The notes under the pieces are model-generated. The model did no database searches. It saw only the letters and a list, made by a program, of their open reading frames with translations, and had not been told where the DNA came from. Below, in pieces: positions 29,832 to 41,082 of a stretch of DNA of 51,986 nucleotides. Position 1 is the stretch's first letter; every line of letters starts with the position of its first letter. This DNA is from Porphyridium purpureum (taxonomy: Eukaryota): NCBI GenBank assembly GCA_008690995.1, contig VRMN01000019.1, positions 186,001 through 237,986 on the forward strand. The letters run 5' to 3'. The translations under genes and the position numbers were made by a program.

Positions 29832-31859
29832 ATGGCGGCTGTGTTGAATCTGACGGAGCACGCAGATAAGGTGTGGACGGTGGACTTCTCCTCCGTTGGT
29901 AGGCTCATCGCGTCCGGCAGCGATGACAGGACGATCAAGATGTGGGACGCGCGTTCCGGCGTGTGCGTGCGCACCATGGCGGGGCACGCACATGGTGTGT
30001 ACGCGGTGCGCTTCTCGCCCGATGGCCGCTTCATCGCGTCTGGCAGCTGGGACCAAACGGTCATGGTGTGGGACGCACACACCGGCGCGCGTATCAGCAC
30101 TTTAACGGGGCACTCAGATCCTGTGTGGACGCTGGACTTTTCGCCAGATGGCAAGCTCCTTACGTCTGGCAGCGATGACCGCTCGATTAAGATATGGGAT
30201 TTGCAGACCTGCGCGTGCGTTGGCACCATGACTGGGCACCAACATGGTGTGTACGCGGTTCGCTTTTCGCCCGATGGCCGGTACATTGTGTCCGGCAGCT
30301 GGGACCAAACGGTCATGGTGTGGGACACAGACACCGGCTCGTGTGTCCGCACTTTGACGGAACACTTAGATAAGGTGTGGGCGGTGGACTTCTCGCCCGA
30401 TGGCTGGTTCATCGCGTCTGCCAGCGACGACTGCTTGATCAAAGTATGGGATGTGCAGACCGGCGCGTGCGTGCGCACCATGACTGGGCACCAACATGGT
30501 GTGTACGCTGTGCGCTTTTCGCCCGATGGCCGGTTCATCGCGTCCGGCAGCTGGGACCAAACGGTCATGGTTTGGGACGCAGACACCGGCTCGTGCGTCC
30601 GCAATCTGCAGGAACATTCAGAAAAGGTGACCGCAGTGCGTTTCTCGCCCGATGGCCGGTTCATGGCGTCCAGCTGCGATGACAAGACGGTCAAGATGTG
30701 GGACACAAGCGACCTACAGTGCGGCCTCGAAAGCATGTCTAGTGCAGCTGACGAGGAAAAGTACTGCCAGAATTTGTGGGGGATTGCCGATTCGGATAAG
30801 AGCGGAACTCTGGACGCTCAGAAGGCGCTGGTGTTCTTTTCGAAGGCGCAGCTGTCGACCTCGATGCTGGATCGGATGTGGAAGGAGATTGCTACAGGGC
30901 GCGGCAAGCGCGCACTAAACTACAACGACTTTGTGCTCGCGCTGCGCTTCGTTGCGCTGGTGCAGGACGGCGAGAAGGCGAGCCTGGCGCGAGCGCAACA
31001 AGGCTCGCACTCGCTGCGGGCCAAGCTAGACATACCGGGGTCGAACCCGTTACCCATTGGCGCGCGTACACCGTTGGAGACGACGCGGCACGAGGAGTAC
31101 TGTGAGCTGGTCTGCACAAACGGAAGCGATGAAGTGGACGTGCAGAAAGCGGTTGTTTTTCTGTCCAAGTCTGGACTGCGGAACCGCGTACTGAATGAGA
31201 TCTGGGGAATTGCAACTAGCCAAGGGACGTTTTCGTCGCTCGATACGGGGCGGTTCAAGACTGCGTTGCGGCTGGTGGCGATGGCCCAGAAGGGAATGAA
31301 GCTGGACTTGGACGAGGCGGCGAATGGTGATATGGAACTGATCGCAAACATCGAAGTCGAGGCTACAACGCCTCTGCCAGAGCCCGTGGGTCCGTTCCCA
31401 GGCGACGACATGAATAGTGTACTTGCGGAAACTGCGCTGGATGACCTGACTTGTGAGCAGCTGGCTCGAGTACTTGAGGAGCTCCTGCGGGTTGACGCCG
31501 CATCTGTTCGGGATGTTTGGGAGCGCAAGGTTACCGGGGAAGCACTGCACGACATGAAAGAGTTTCAAGAGTTTGTGCAGCTGTCATTCCCGGACAAGAA
31601 GAAAATTGAAAAGTGGGTGGCGGGGCGAAAGTCGTGCGAAGGGTTTGAGGAGTATTTGTTGGGCATCCTTGGCGGTGACGCGGAGCGTGCCGAGCGTGCT
31701 TGCGCGCTACTTTTAGAATATCACGCGGTGTCGAACTTGGAGAAGTGGTTGTGGTTCCGGAAGCAACCTAGCAAGCGAAGAAGTATGAGAGAGATTGTGC
31801 GGCTTTTCCCCGAGCTTGGCACATGGCCGGGCGGACCTGACGCGGCGGAGTGGAAGTAG
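29832..31859 (+). CDS. WD40 gene 6: seven WD40 repeats (ABABABA) + two EH (Eps15-homology) domains + SAM-like domain
   Basis: EH1 EKYCQNLWGIADSDKSGTLDAQKALVFFSKAQLSTSMLDRMW..LNYNDFVLALRFVALVQDG; EH2 AVVFLSKSGLRNRVLNEIWGIA..FKTALRLVAMAQKG; SAM-like LDDLTCEQLARVL..ERKVTGEALHDM. ATG at 29832. Confidence 0.85.
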   Translation: MAAVLNLTEHADKVWTVDFSSVGRLIASGSDDRTIKMWDARSGVCVRTMAGHAHGVYAVRFSPDGRFIASGSWDQTVMVWDAHTGARISTLTGHSDPVWTLDFSPDGKLLTSGSDDRSIKIWDLQTCACVGTMTGHQHGVYAVRFSPDGRYIVSGSWDQTVMVWDTDTGSCVRTLTEHLDKVWAVDFSPDGWFIASASDDCLIKVWDVQTGACVRTMTGHQHGVYAVRFSPDGRFIASGSWDQTVMVWDADTGSCVRNLQEHSEKVTAVRFSPDGRFMASSCDDKTVKMWDTSDLQCGLESMSSAADEEKYCQNLWGIADSDKSGTLDAQKALVFFSKAQLSTSMLDRMWKEIATGRGKRALNYNDFVLALRFVALVQDGEKASLARAQQGSHSLRAKLDIPGSNPLPIGARTPLETTRHEEYCELVCTNGSDEVDVQKAVVFLSKSGLRNRVLNEIWGIATSQGTFSSLDTGRFKTALRLVAMAQKGMKLDLDEAANGDMELIANIEVEATTPLPEPVGPFPGDDMNSVLAETALDDLTCEQLARVLEELLRVDAASVRDVWERKVTGEALHDMKEFQEFVQLSFPDKKKIEKWVAGRKSCEGFEEYLLGILGGDAERAERACALLLEYHAVSNLEKWLWFRKQPSKRRSMREIVRLFPELGTWPGGPDAAEWK

Positions 31860-34406
31860 ACCAATGCTGGTGCGCGTGAGTGTTTGTGAGAATGAGCAAT
31901 AAGCCGTTGCCGCAGTGGTCGCTTGTCAGCGTGTGTCGGGTACGCGCGCGAGGTGGCACGGGCTGACTGGATCATGTGAGCGTCTGTGTATTTGTGGACC
32001 CGCGGCGGGCTTGATTGTCTGGTGCAGAAAGCAGCATGCACGATACATGTGCAACGTACGGAAACCTATTGAAAGAGGACGCTCACATGATCGCCGTGTG
32101 CGCTAGCGGCGGGTGCGAGTTGGTGTGATGTTCACAATAAAGTGAGTGCACTTTCCCGTGACGACTGCGTGGGCCGCCTGTGGCTCGGGTGCATGCGCTC
32201 GCGACGGATTTCGAGCGGCTAAGAGCGGCTAAGAGCGGTTGCGTGTGATTGCGAGTGATGGCGAGTGATGGTGAGCGATTACGCGCAACTGCAGGGTGCA
32301 GCAGAGTAAGCGGTATGCGAGCGACTTTGAACCGACCGACGAGAACCCCGTGGAGGGCGACATGCGAGGAAGTCTGCTTGCAATGGAACGCATGAATGCC
32401 GTGCCCGAGCGGGGCGCTGTGAGGCGAATTGCCAGCCTTGGTTGATACGCCCGAGCACACACGTGCGTATCCGGCGTCGGCACGAGCACAAGCTGCGCAC
32501 CGGAAGCCGTGCGCCACGGTCATCCGGAGTACAAAGTGAAAAACGCTCGTGCTTTTGCGCCAGCGAGGCGATTGCCAGATCACCATCGGGACAGAGGGCT
32601 CATCGCAAGGGCGCGCCGTGGAGCAGCAAGCCACGCCTGTTCAGATGCGTCAAGCCTAGTGGGCTGGATCTACGCGGAAGTTGTGAGGTCACCTCTGTCA
32701 AAAGTATGGAGTCTAGGACAGAGCCGGAGAACCTGGCTGGTGACTCGCAGAATCGCTGAGCGTGGCATGGTTCAGAAGTTTTGCAAGCAAACATGAAGCG
32801 AACGCCGCGGCCACGGATGCGCCCATCGAGCGACTTGATTCTCTCGGCATTCTTACCGTGCCCCTTGTATGTACATACACCCGCCATCATCCACGCCACG
32901 CGCAGCCCCGAAACCGGCTACCGCAGGTCTCTTGCTCGCTCACTGCCGCCGCTCCATCTAAACCGTGCAGGCACGTCTGCACTTGCGCCTTTCACCGTCG
33001 ACCTCCGAACGCCAGTACGGCTTTTTTCTACCCACTTCCACATCGCTTGCGTTTCCTAAACCAACATCCGCAGGGTGCATCCGCAGTCGAGGAATTGAAG
33101 AAAAAAACTGTCGCAGACACCGGCCTTGTTTCTTGCTGGTTCGAATAGGTCCCTGTCACGACAGACCGGTTTTACGAGGCTTATTCCCCGGCGAGATTCT
33201 TAAGAGCGCAATGGAGAGGCTGTCGGCCGGAGGTGGACTCCCCACCGCGGACAGATAATCGTCCTACCAAGAGGTTGCCAAATGGCTCCTGGTCAATCCT
33301 TCAAACGATTTCTCAAAGTCTTGAACTCCTTTTACACTAATCTCATCTCTACCTTTTTCTCTCCTATCCAAGCGTGCGATGGCTATCGCCGCCTTTATAT
33401 GTCAAGCTGTCGTGGGAACACTTGCACCCGAGGTCGAAACGCGGTCAGGTCCCAAGACACATCAACCGCAAAGGTTGGCTCTGTTACGTGGACAAGCACA
33501 CATGTGGCACTTATTGTGTTGGTACACTCGCAGTCCAGCTAGTCTGCGGGCGTTGTCGCATGACCCGGTATCAAGAGGCACTTGCTGTCAGCTGGGTACG
33601 GTTCCAGAGTAAGAATCGGTAATTTCGACAGCTCTGTTGACCGCTAACGCCGGGAAGCTTGCCGACATCTGCGTGAACTGATTTCTTCAGGACACTTATG
33701 TCTGTTCTTGTCACCGTTGTCTCTCTTTCTTTTTGATGTGAAGCTGAAGCTGGCCCGGATATTGGCAGGCTCGCGTGTGTATACGTCCGTGCTACGATCT
33801 TCAGCGCATTTTGAGCAGGTTTCAAGCGTCACAATTCCATGTTTTTGTCGGGCGCGACTCCTTGTTTCTGCGCCCCTTCATTCAACAAATGGCGATTGAA
33901 AACATTTGAGCTTTTCTCACTCTCTTGCATGTTATTTGACAGAGAAAACAACAGCTATGGTGACTGGGAACAAGCTCAATCAGGATGCGCCACTTCTGAA
34001 CTGCGGCTCACTGCTTCCACCGCAGATCAGCCTCGGGCGGCTCATCTCGTTCGCTACGCAACAGCTCTCGCCTATATAAGAGTGCGTCGTGGCAGAAAGC
34101 TTCCTTTTTTTCGCCCTTTTAGTCCTCTTCCCCCTTCAGGGGAGTCACAAAGCAAAGAAACATATTGTGACGAATGCAGCTCGTCCGACCGAACGGCTGT
34201 ACCTTCCGACCGGTCGGTGCGACGCTGGCAGCCCTATGGGCAAGAAACTGCGTGCTGAAAACGGCACGGTTTCGGAGAAGGGCACCGAGCCCGGAGAATA
34301 GCTTGTTGGCTTGCACAAGGGGGCGCGCAGCCCGGACACAGGTTTCAAAGCACGCTTGGGCGCAGAGGTTTTTCCCGGCACCGGGTTTCCTCGAGCGGAA
34401 CGAACG

Positions 34407-34665
34407 TGTATAAATACAGCGGTAACTAACGTACTTAGCAACTGTAGAGCCTCGTCTTCGGGTAGAGTATAAGGATAAAAGAGACAGACGAACAAGTCGT
34501 TTATGTCAAAAAACTGATACTCTCGACTTTGACAGAGACAACGCATCAGTGCCGGGCGGCACGATCCGGCTGTCTCACCGGATTCAGTGCACTTACCGAA
34601 TTTCACGACACATATTGAGTTGGCAAAGAGCAAGTATCTGGATTCTACGATATGGAAACAGCTAA
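34407..34665 (-). mobile_element. Distal part of the 3' LTR of an old antisense GalEa-like Copia; its first bases lie at 39826-39833
   Basis: On the minus strand a PPT AGAAACGGGCGAG is followed by TGT-TTAGC at 39833. The sequence resumes left of the young Copia and ends ...TATACA at 34407 (termini TGTTTA/TATACA). Confidence 0.55.
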
Positions 34666-37600
34666 TGTTGCAACTGTAGTGTTCACTCGCACCGAAGATG
34701 TCACTAGTCGCAGTAGACTGCATACGTTTATTTAAGCCCCTGTTTTCGCGGGGCTCGGACGAGCGACTAGAGAAGGGACGGCAGGAGTGGATAGCATAAA
34801 AGAAGTTTATAAGTATTGCCAAGAGCAACTTTGATTTCTGCACCGGGAGCCATTGCGTGGGTGTCCACTGCGTGGCTACGCTTGTGGAATAACATCAAGC
34901 GCTTCCCCTCCTCACATCAGTACGAGCACGTTGCCGTGCTCCTACGTGTTGTATCGGACATTTCGAAATCAGGATACACAGATCTGACTCGAACAAAGGA
35001 TGACAAGGGATAGACCAAGGGCGCGCTCCGGCACAGCGGCCGGTGGAGCATCGCGTGCTCCCGGCCGCGTTGGAGATTCCCCGTCGCCCACTTTGAGTGA
35101 CCCGGCCAACCCAGTTGGCGCGGCATCGACGGGCGGGGACCACACTACGAGAAGTAGCCCGCGTCTATCGGGAGCCCCCAGTACTTTTGAAGTGGCCGGG
35201 CAGCAGCCTCGCAAGTATGTCGACATTGAGGACGACGAGACGGGCGAGTATCCGTGGCTAGCGATTAGAACCGAAAACCCGGACTGGGACCGGCTTCTTC
35301 GCTCGTGCGACTACCTCACCCGGGATGAGTTTGCGTCGGTGATTATCGATCAGATTGTCACTTTGGAAACTTTGCGTGCCGCCGGGCCGTTCGTAACGAT
35401 GCAGTTCGCCAGGTACGCCATCCAACGGGATGTGTTCGACTCGAACATCCCGCTCCCTGAGAACTTCGCGATTTACGCCCCACGCGAAGACCATGGTGCA
35501 CACTCTTCTCGTCAGGCACCCGCGTCCTCGTCTGCAACAGTGCCCCCGGCCGTGATCGGTGGAGTGCTCAAGGCACTGGAGAAACACGTGTACTCGGGAG
35601 ACGAAGCGCAGGTACCCTTCCGTGTTTGGCGAGACAAACTTCTCGAAGTCAAGCACGTTTATTCACCGTCAGACTCCGATATCCGCCGCATTTTGCCCCT
35701 AACGTTGGCCGGGCAGGCATCTGAGTTCGTGAAAAGGCATCCAAGGACAAAATTCATCGAAATTTTGGATGCTATGTCCAAAGAATTCCGCGTCGAATTG
35801 ACCAGTCGTCTTGCGCTGTTTCGCCTCCGCGGTGCTAATTTTCAGCACTATCTGCGTGACGACCTTCCTCGGGTGGAGGCATTCGACCGGCTCACTGCGC
35901 AGATCAGTGCAGACGCAGCGTCAGCGGGCCCAGACCACAATAACCAGTGGTCTGTGGCAACTTACGTGCTCGGTGCCATGTCGGACGGTGGGTACCACAC
36001 CGAAATGGCGTGATCCTTCATGCACCTGAGTGGGAACGAGCTGTTGCAATCTGTTCGCAACTTCCTGAGCGCTCAAGACAAGGAGGCGCCTCGCGGCTCT
36101 TCCTCCCTCCTGTTCCAGCGCGCACCAGGCGGACCGGCGCGGCGCCTAGGGCAATCTGGCCAAAGCGAGGTCAGGCGGTACGGAAGCTCTGCTGGCAGAG
36201 GCGGAGCGCCGTCTGCGACAAATCAGGCCCGTCGTGTGAGGTGCTTCCGATGTGGACGGGACGGGCACATTGCATCGCAGTGCGCGATTAACGCTGACAC
36301 AAATGTGAATCTGGTCGAAACAGAACATTGGCCATCGCAGAGCGCAGCGGAAGACTTCGTGAACGACGACGAAGACTCCGAGCATGAGCACGTGCCACTG
36401 ATACAATCCGACAATCAAGCTGGCGCCGAGTGACTCGCACAGGCATGCGACGTGTACACGATAACAGGCCACATGCCACGCCTTCCCGGCTGGGGTGCTG
36501 TAGTCGTAGACCCGGGCTCCCCTTATTCTTTAGCGGGAGTCGAAGCGTACGCGTCGTACTGCCATGCATGTGGGAAAAACAGTGCGCTTCGTGAGGTGCA
36601 CAAACCACCAAAGGTTGTTTGGGGAACGGCACTCACCGTTCTTGGACAAGGAGAAGTACGTGTCCCCGTCGGAAGTGAAGCGTTCCTGTCGTTTAACGTG
36701 TTCGTGGTTTCAGGAAAAATACCTATCCTGCTAGGCAATGACGTGCAAGAGCGCCACCATATGAACCTCATTCGACGTCCACGCCCTCCGCGCCTGACCG
36801 GCCCAGGATTCGCTATCCCACTCTACAAGATGATGTCTGGACACCTTGCTGTCGACTTTCTTTGCATGCACCAACAAGATTCTGACCCAAGTTGTCTTTC
36901 GGAACCAAATTCGTTGCTGTATACAATAGACGAGCTCATGACTCTACATCGTCGATTTGGACACACCAGTGCAAGGAACATAGCGAAAATTCTGCGGTTG
37001 AACGACGAACCACTTGGCCATGACGAGCTCGAGCGACTGACTACGCGCATACGCGACTGTCCCACCTGCCAGTGGTATGCAGGACGACGGACAACTTACA
37101 AAGCATCCGCGGATGTCGAAGTCACGTTCAACCACGCGGTATCACTCGATTTTCTGTTTATTCCAAATGACCGAGAGGGAAGTGGCTCGCTGAAGATCAT
37201 GCACCTGCGCTGCAATGGCACGGGCTGGAGCGTAGCGGCCCAGTGCGACGGTGCAACGGCTCAAAACATCTACTCAACCATCTTCACAACGTGGATTGCG
37301 TATTTCGGAGCACCGCACCGCATTCGACTCGATCGGGAACGCGTACTGGTGTCGGATGATCTCGAACGGATGCTCGGTAACGAAGGAACTGTCGTTGATG
37401 CAGTCCCGGTGGAAGCACACTGGACCTTGGGCTCCGTCGAACGCAGTCATGAGACGGTGCGAAAGATTTACTTGAAGATACGTGGCGAAACGGAAAGACT
37501 AAGCGTAAACGACCGGCTCGCCATCGTTACCCGCGCTATGAATTGCACCGCCGGACCCGACGGCACGGTACCGTCTCTCCTGGTTTTTGGTACGGTTCCG

Positions 37601-39825
37601 CGCATGGCCCTACGACCGGAAGTCGCGCAGCACGACTCCAGAAACGATCAAGAATATCGAATCAAGGCCATGCTTTTGGCTCGCAAGGAGTACGAGATAT
37701 CCGTTTCTCGTGAGCGCCTCACACGAGCGCGCCGATCACGAGCGCCAGAGTACCCTCGCGACAGCGACGCCATCGTTCCAGGCATTGGCGTTCTGGTACG
37801 CAGAGATGCGTCTTATGAGTACACCGGACCGTACACTTGTGAAAGGCTGGACGGCAACCATGTGACAGTGGTCATCCCTTCCACCACTGGGCGTCCAAGA
37901 AAGCAAGTGTTTTCGATTCATAATACAAAAGTCTATCGGATGGGTGAGACTATCGCGCGATTCATCTATCACACGGAGCAAGACGAGCCGGAGACGCATC
38001 TATTCAACGACGCGTGATACCGGGAGCTCCAAGGATCGGTGAACCGCAGAACATTCTCTCCATGTCGTTCACCGCCAGCCCACGCCAATATCGTCAAGGC
38101 CAGATTCGACGACCGCGTGAAGGCGGACGGCTCATACAAAGCTAGACTGGTAGCCTGCGGGCATCGCTTTGCAGACCGCGAGGCGCATTTGACTTCGATC
38201 AACTCGCCTGTCTTGACTCGCTGTTCGTTTCGGACCGTCTTTTCACTGTGCTGTTCCATGAACAAGCCTTTGTATTATCGTGACTTTTCACAAGCATACA
38301 TACAAAGCGAATACTCCTTAATCAGGAACGTGTACTTGCGGCTCGACGACTCGACAAGGGACATTCTTACCGATATCACAGGACAACAGTGGCCATTGCA
38401 CGCCAAGCTCGAAAAGGCCCTTTACGGCTTACGAGAATCAGGCACGCTCTGGTATCATACCATCAGCAATCACCTTAAAGCGAGAGGCTTCGTTCCGACT
38501 GCACTGGACTCATGTCTAATGTTTCACCGGCCTGATGAGCAATTTTCGGGAGCTCTAGGTCTACTGGTCGACGACACCATTTTTTTCGGCAATCAGCTAT
38601 GTTTAAATGCGGAACGGGCCGCAACCGACACATTCGAGAGCAAAGGCGTACAAGGCAAACCTTTTAATTTCAACGGAGCGCAAGTGAGCAGTTGCGGCGG
38701 CGGCGGCTTCCGCATCTCGATTTTCGATTACGTGCGCAAGAATCTTTCCAGAGTGACATTGCCGACTGACTTTGACAGTTTCCGATCTCTCCGCGGACGA
38801 GTAGCATATGTGTCCAACAACGGGCGGCCAGATTTGTTGTACCACGTTGCGAAGTTGTCCCAAGTAACACATGCACAGTTCGACTCGGCGCAAGCCAAGA
38901 CTCTTCTCAGTGTGACGAAACGGCTGCATTTGACAGACAACGCATATTCTCTAATTTACAGGCCACTTGACGTTCAGAAACTCAAGTTCAGAGTGTACGC
39001 AGACGCATCGTTCGCGTCGAACTGCGATTACTCGTCTCAAATTGGCTACGTGGTTTTCCTCGGCGACCATACGGACACAGTGCATTTCTTGCACGCAGTC
39101 TCAAAGAAAACGCGCCACGCAGTTTACTCCGTGATGGGCGCGGAATTGCTGGCGCTGTGTGCAGCATTGGATTTCGCAGACGCGCTGCGTGCTGACCTGC
39201 TTCGGACCGGGGTGGCAGTCGATATCGATCTGTATACGGATTCAAAGCAAATATACGACGCAGTCGCACACGGTACGACTCTTGATGAGAAACGAATGAT
39301 GATTCGGCTGTTAATGGTTCGACAAAGCGTGGATGTGCTTTCAATTGCGCGACTTCACCACATCTCTGGCACACACAATGTAGCAGACGCGCTAACAAAA
39401 CACCGTCGTCATTGTCCTCTGTGGGACCAAGTCATGAGAAACGGAACGCTGTCCCATCATACAAACGAGTGCATCTTCTTCTCCAAAGCACCATCAAGCA
39501 CGGATTGCTCGTGAAAAGAAGATGGGCGAGTGTTGCACCCGTAGTGTTCACTCGCACCGAAGATGTCACTAGTCGCAGTAGACTGCGTACGTTTATTTAA
39601 GCCCCTGTTTTCGCGGGGCTCGGACGAGCGACTAGAGAAGGGACGGTAGGAGTGGATAGCATAAAAGAAGTTTATAAGTATTGCCGAGAGCAACTTTGAT
39701 TTCTGCACCGGGAGCCATTGCGTGGGTGTCCACTGCGTGGCTACGCTTGTGGGATAACATCAAGCGCTTCCCCTCCTTACACCAGTACGAGCACGTTGCC
39801 GTGCTCCTACGTGTTGTATCGGACA
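34666..39825 (+). mobile_element. Full-length Ty1/Copia LTR retrotransposon, GalEa-like
   Basis: 295-bp LTRs at 34666-34960 and 39531-39825 (TG...CA, about 8 substitutions by eye), 5-bp TSD GCTAA, PPT 39513-39530, domain order gag-PR-INT-RT-RH. Confidence 0.96.
35000..39514 (+). pseudogene. Copia gag-pol polyprotein in a single frame with three in-frame TGA codons (36011, 36431, 38015)
   Basis: Zinc knuckle CFRCGRDGHIASQC; protease VVDPGS; LHRRFGH..CPTC; integrase LDF/RLDRE/VERSH; RT YKARLVACG, KALYGLRESG, LLVDD; RNase H YADASF, YTDSK, NVADALTK. The four ORF starts differ by multiples of 3. Confidence 0.92.
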
Positions 39826-39899
39826 GCTAAACACTCGCCCGTTTCTGTGTGCCTTGTACGTATGCTTCGTCGGACACGCTTGCCTTCATTGCTTGTTCT

Positions 39900-40082
39900 A
39901 TAATCAATTTTGAAAATAACAGAGCACAAGAAGTTGTGCAAAGCTCTGTCGGGTGTCATGTTGATTAGACCATCTGCTATATTGCCCGCTGCACGAGACC
40001 AAGTGATTGCTTCAATTTCACCACAACTGAAAGACGTGCGAAGCACAGCCGAGTCGATCACAAGCTGCTTTTTCGAAGGAAG
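39900..40082 (-). pseudogene. C-terminal half of the RNase H of the old GalEa-like Copia relic
   Basis: LPSKKQLVIDSAVLRTSFSCGEIEAITWSRAAGNIADGL matches the GalEa-type pattern EKRLMID..ALR.S....EI..I.W.....N.AD.LTK. Confidence 0.8.
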
Positions 40083-40086
40083 CTTC

Positions 40087-41078
40087 TGTCACAAACGCAG
40101 CTTTCTTCTTTTCTTTCTCACTCTCCTCCTCTGTTTCTTCTCGCTCCTTCCTGGCCTTTCTTCTTCGTTCAGCTGGTGCTGGCTCTGTTTGATACCCGCC
40201 TTCCTGCGCCGTAGCGGCTTGCCCGGCGGGTTCAGATGTTATCAACCTCCTTTTCCTTTTATTTTTCGTTCTCATTCTTCTCTCCCATTCGCTGCTTCTC
40301 TCTCTTCTTCTTCTTTGCCCTCGAGCTTGCTCGCGGGTCTCCACGCCTTTATATAGACTGCCGCCCCCACGTTCACCAGCTTTTCAGGCAGCACTGTGAG
40401 AAGAATGACAGTGCACGAGCAAGGTTTCAGCAAGGATCTAGTGAGTATCTAGTGCGGATCCAGTGAAGACTACGTGTCCGCGGGGCTGGCGGATAACATC
40501 AGCCCTCGGAAAAACCCAATCCCGCGACACTCAAGATAACTAAGCTGTACATCGCAATACTCCCAACAACTGTACGTTTAGCATGTTAGGGTATGACCTG
40601 AGCGGGCGTCTCTCCGCGGGTGAATTGCAGCGGTCCGTGCTCAGGAAGCGAAAGCTTGAGGAAGAAAGCTTGAGGGAGAACGTTCTGAGTCACTAATGGG
40701 TGACCGGGGCTAATCGCCGCAGCGCAGGAGAGAGAATAGAAAATAAATTGGAAGGCCTCGGACGGAGGTATATAAGCGTGGGACTAGAGTGACGCTAGTC
40801 TTTTCTTTGACTCCTCTTTTGGGTAGAAGCACCGGTGTAGAGAGAAAATAAAGTCACTTTTTCTTGAATCTTGCGGTGTCGGCGCTGCTCGTTGGTTAGT
40901 GTTGTGACGACTGCAGGAACTGTGAAGCGGTGGGGATTGCTTGGGGCGACTTGTTTTGTGCACGCGTGCCCGTCGAGTAGGTCACAAGCGTCATACAAAT
41001 CCGGGGTAACAAGTACACTCTGCAATTGTACATCGACGTACTCGCTGTACTGAGACCTGCATCAGGTCGCACGCGACA
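40087..41078. mobile_element. 992-bp solo-LTR-like insertion with 4-bp TSD CTTC
   Basis: Termini TGTCAC...GCGACA, flanked by CTTC (40083-40086 and 41079-41082). Removing it restores in-frame RNase H MSTPK|LPSKKQLVID. Confidence 0.8.
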
Positions 41079-41082
41079 CTTC

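Noticed and set aside
34832..34838. Tf1-like self-priming via TGATTTC in the Copia LTR pairing with GAAATCA
   Set aside because: Only 7 bp pair, and the pairing fails at the LTR-proximal end where the primer 3' end must anneal.
35000..39514. UGA reassigned as a sense codon (alternative genetic code)
   Set aside because: Host genes such as yqeH and WD40 gene 1 end in TGA at sensible positions, and no conserved host gene has an internal TGA.
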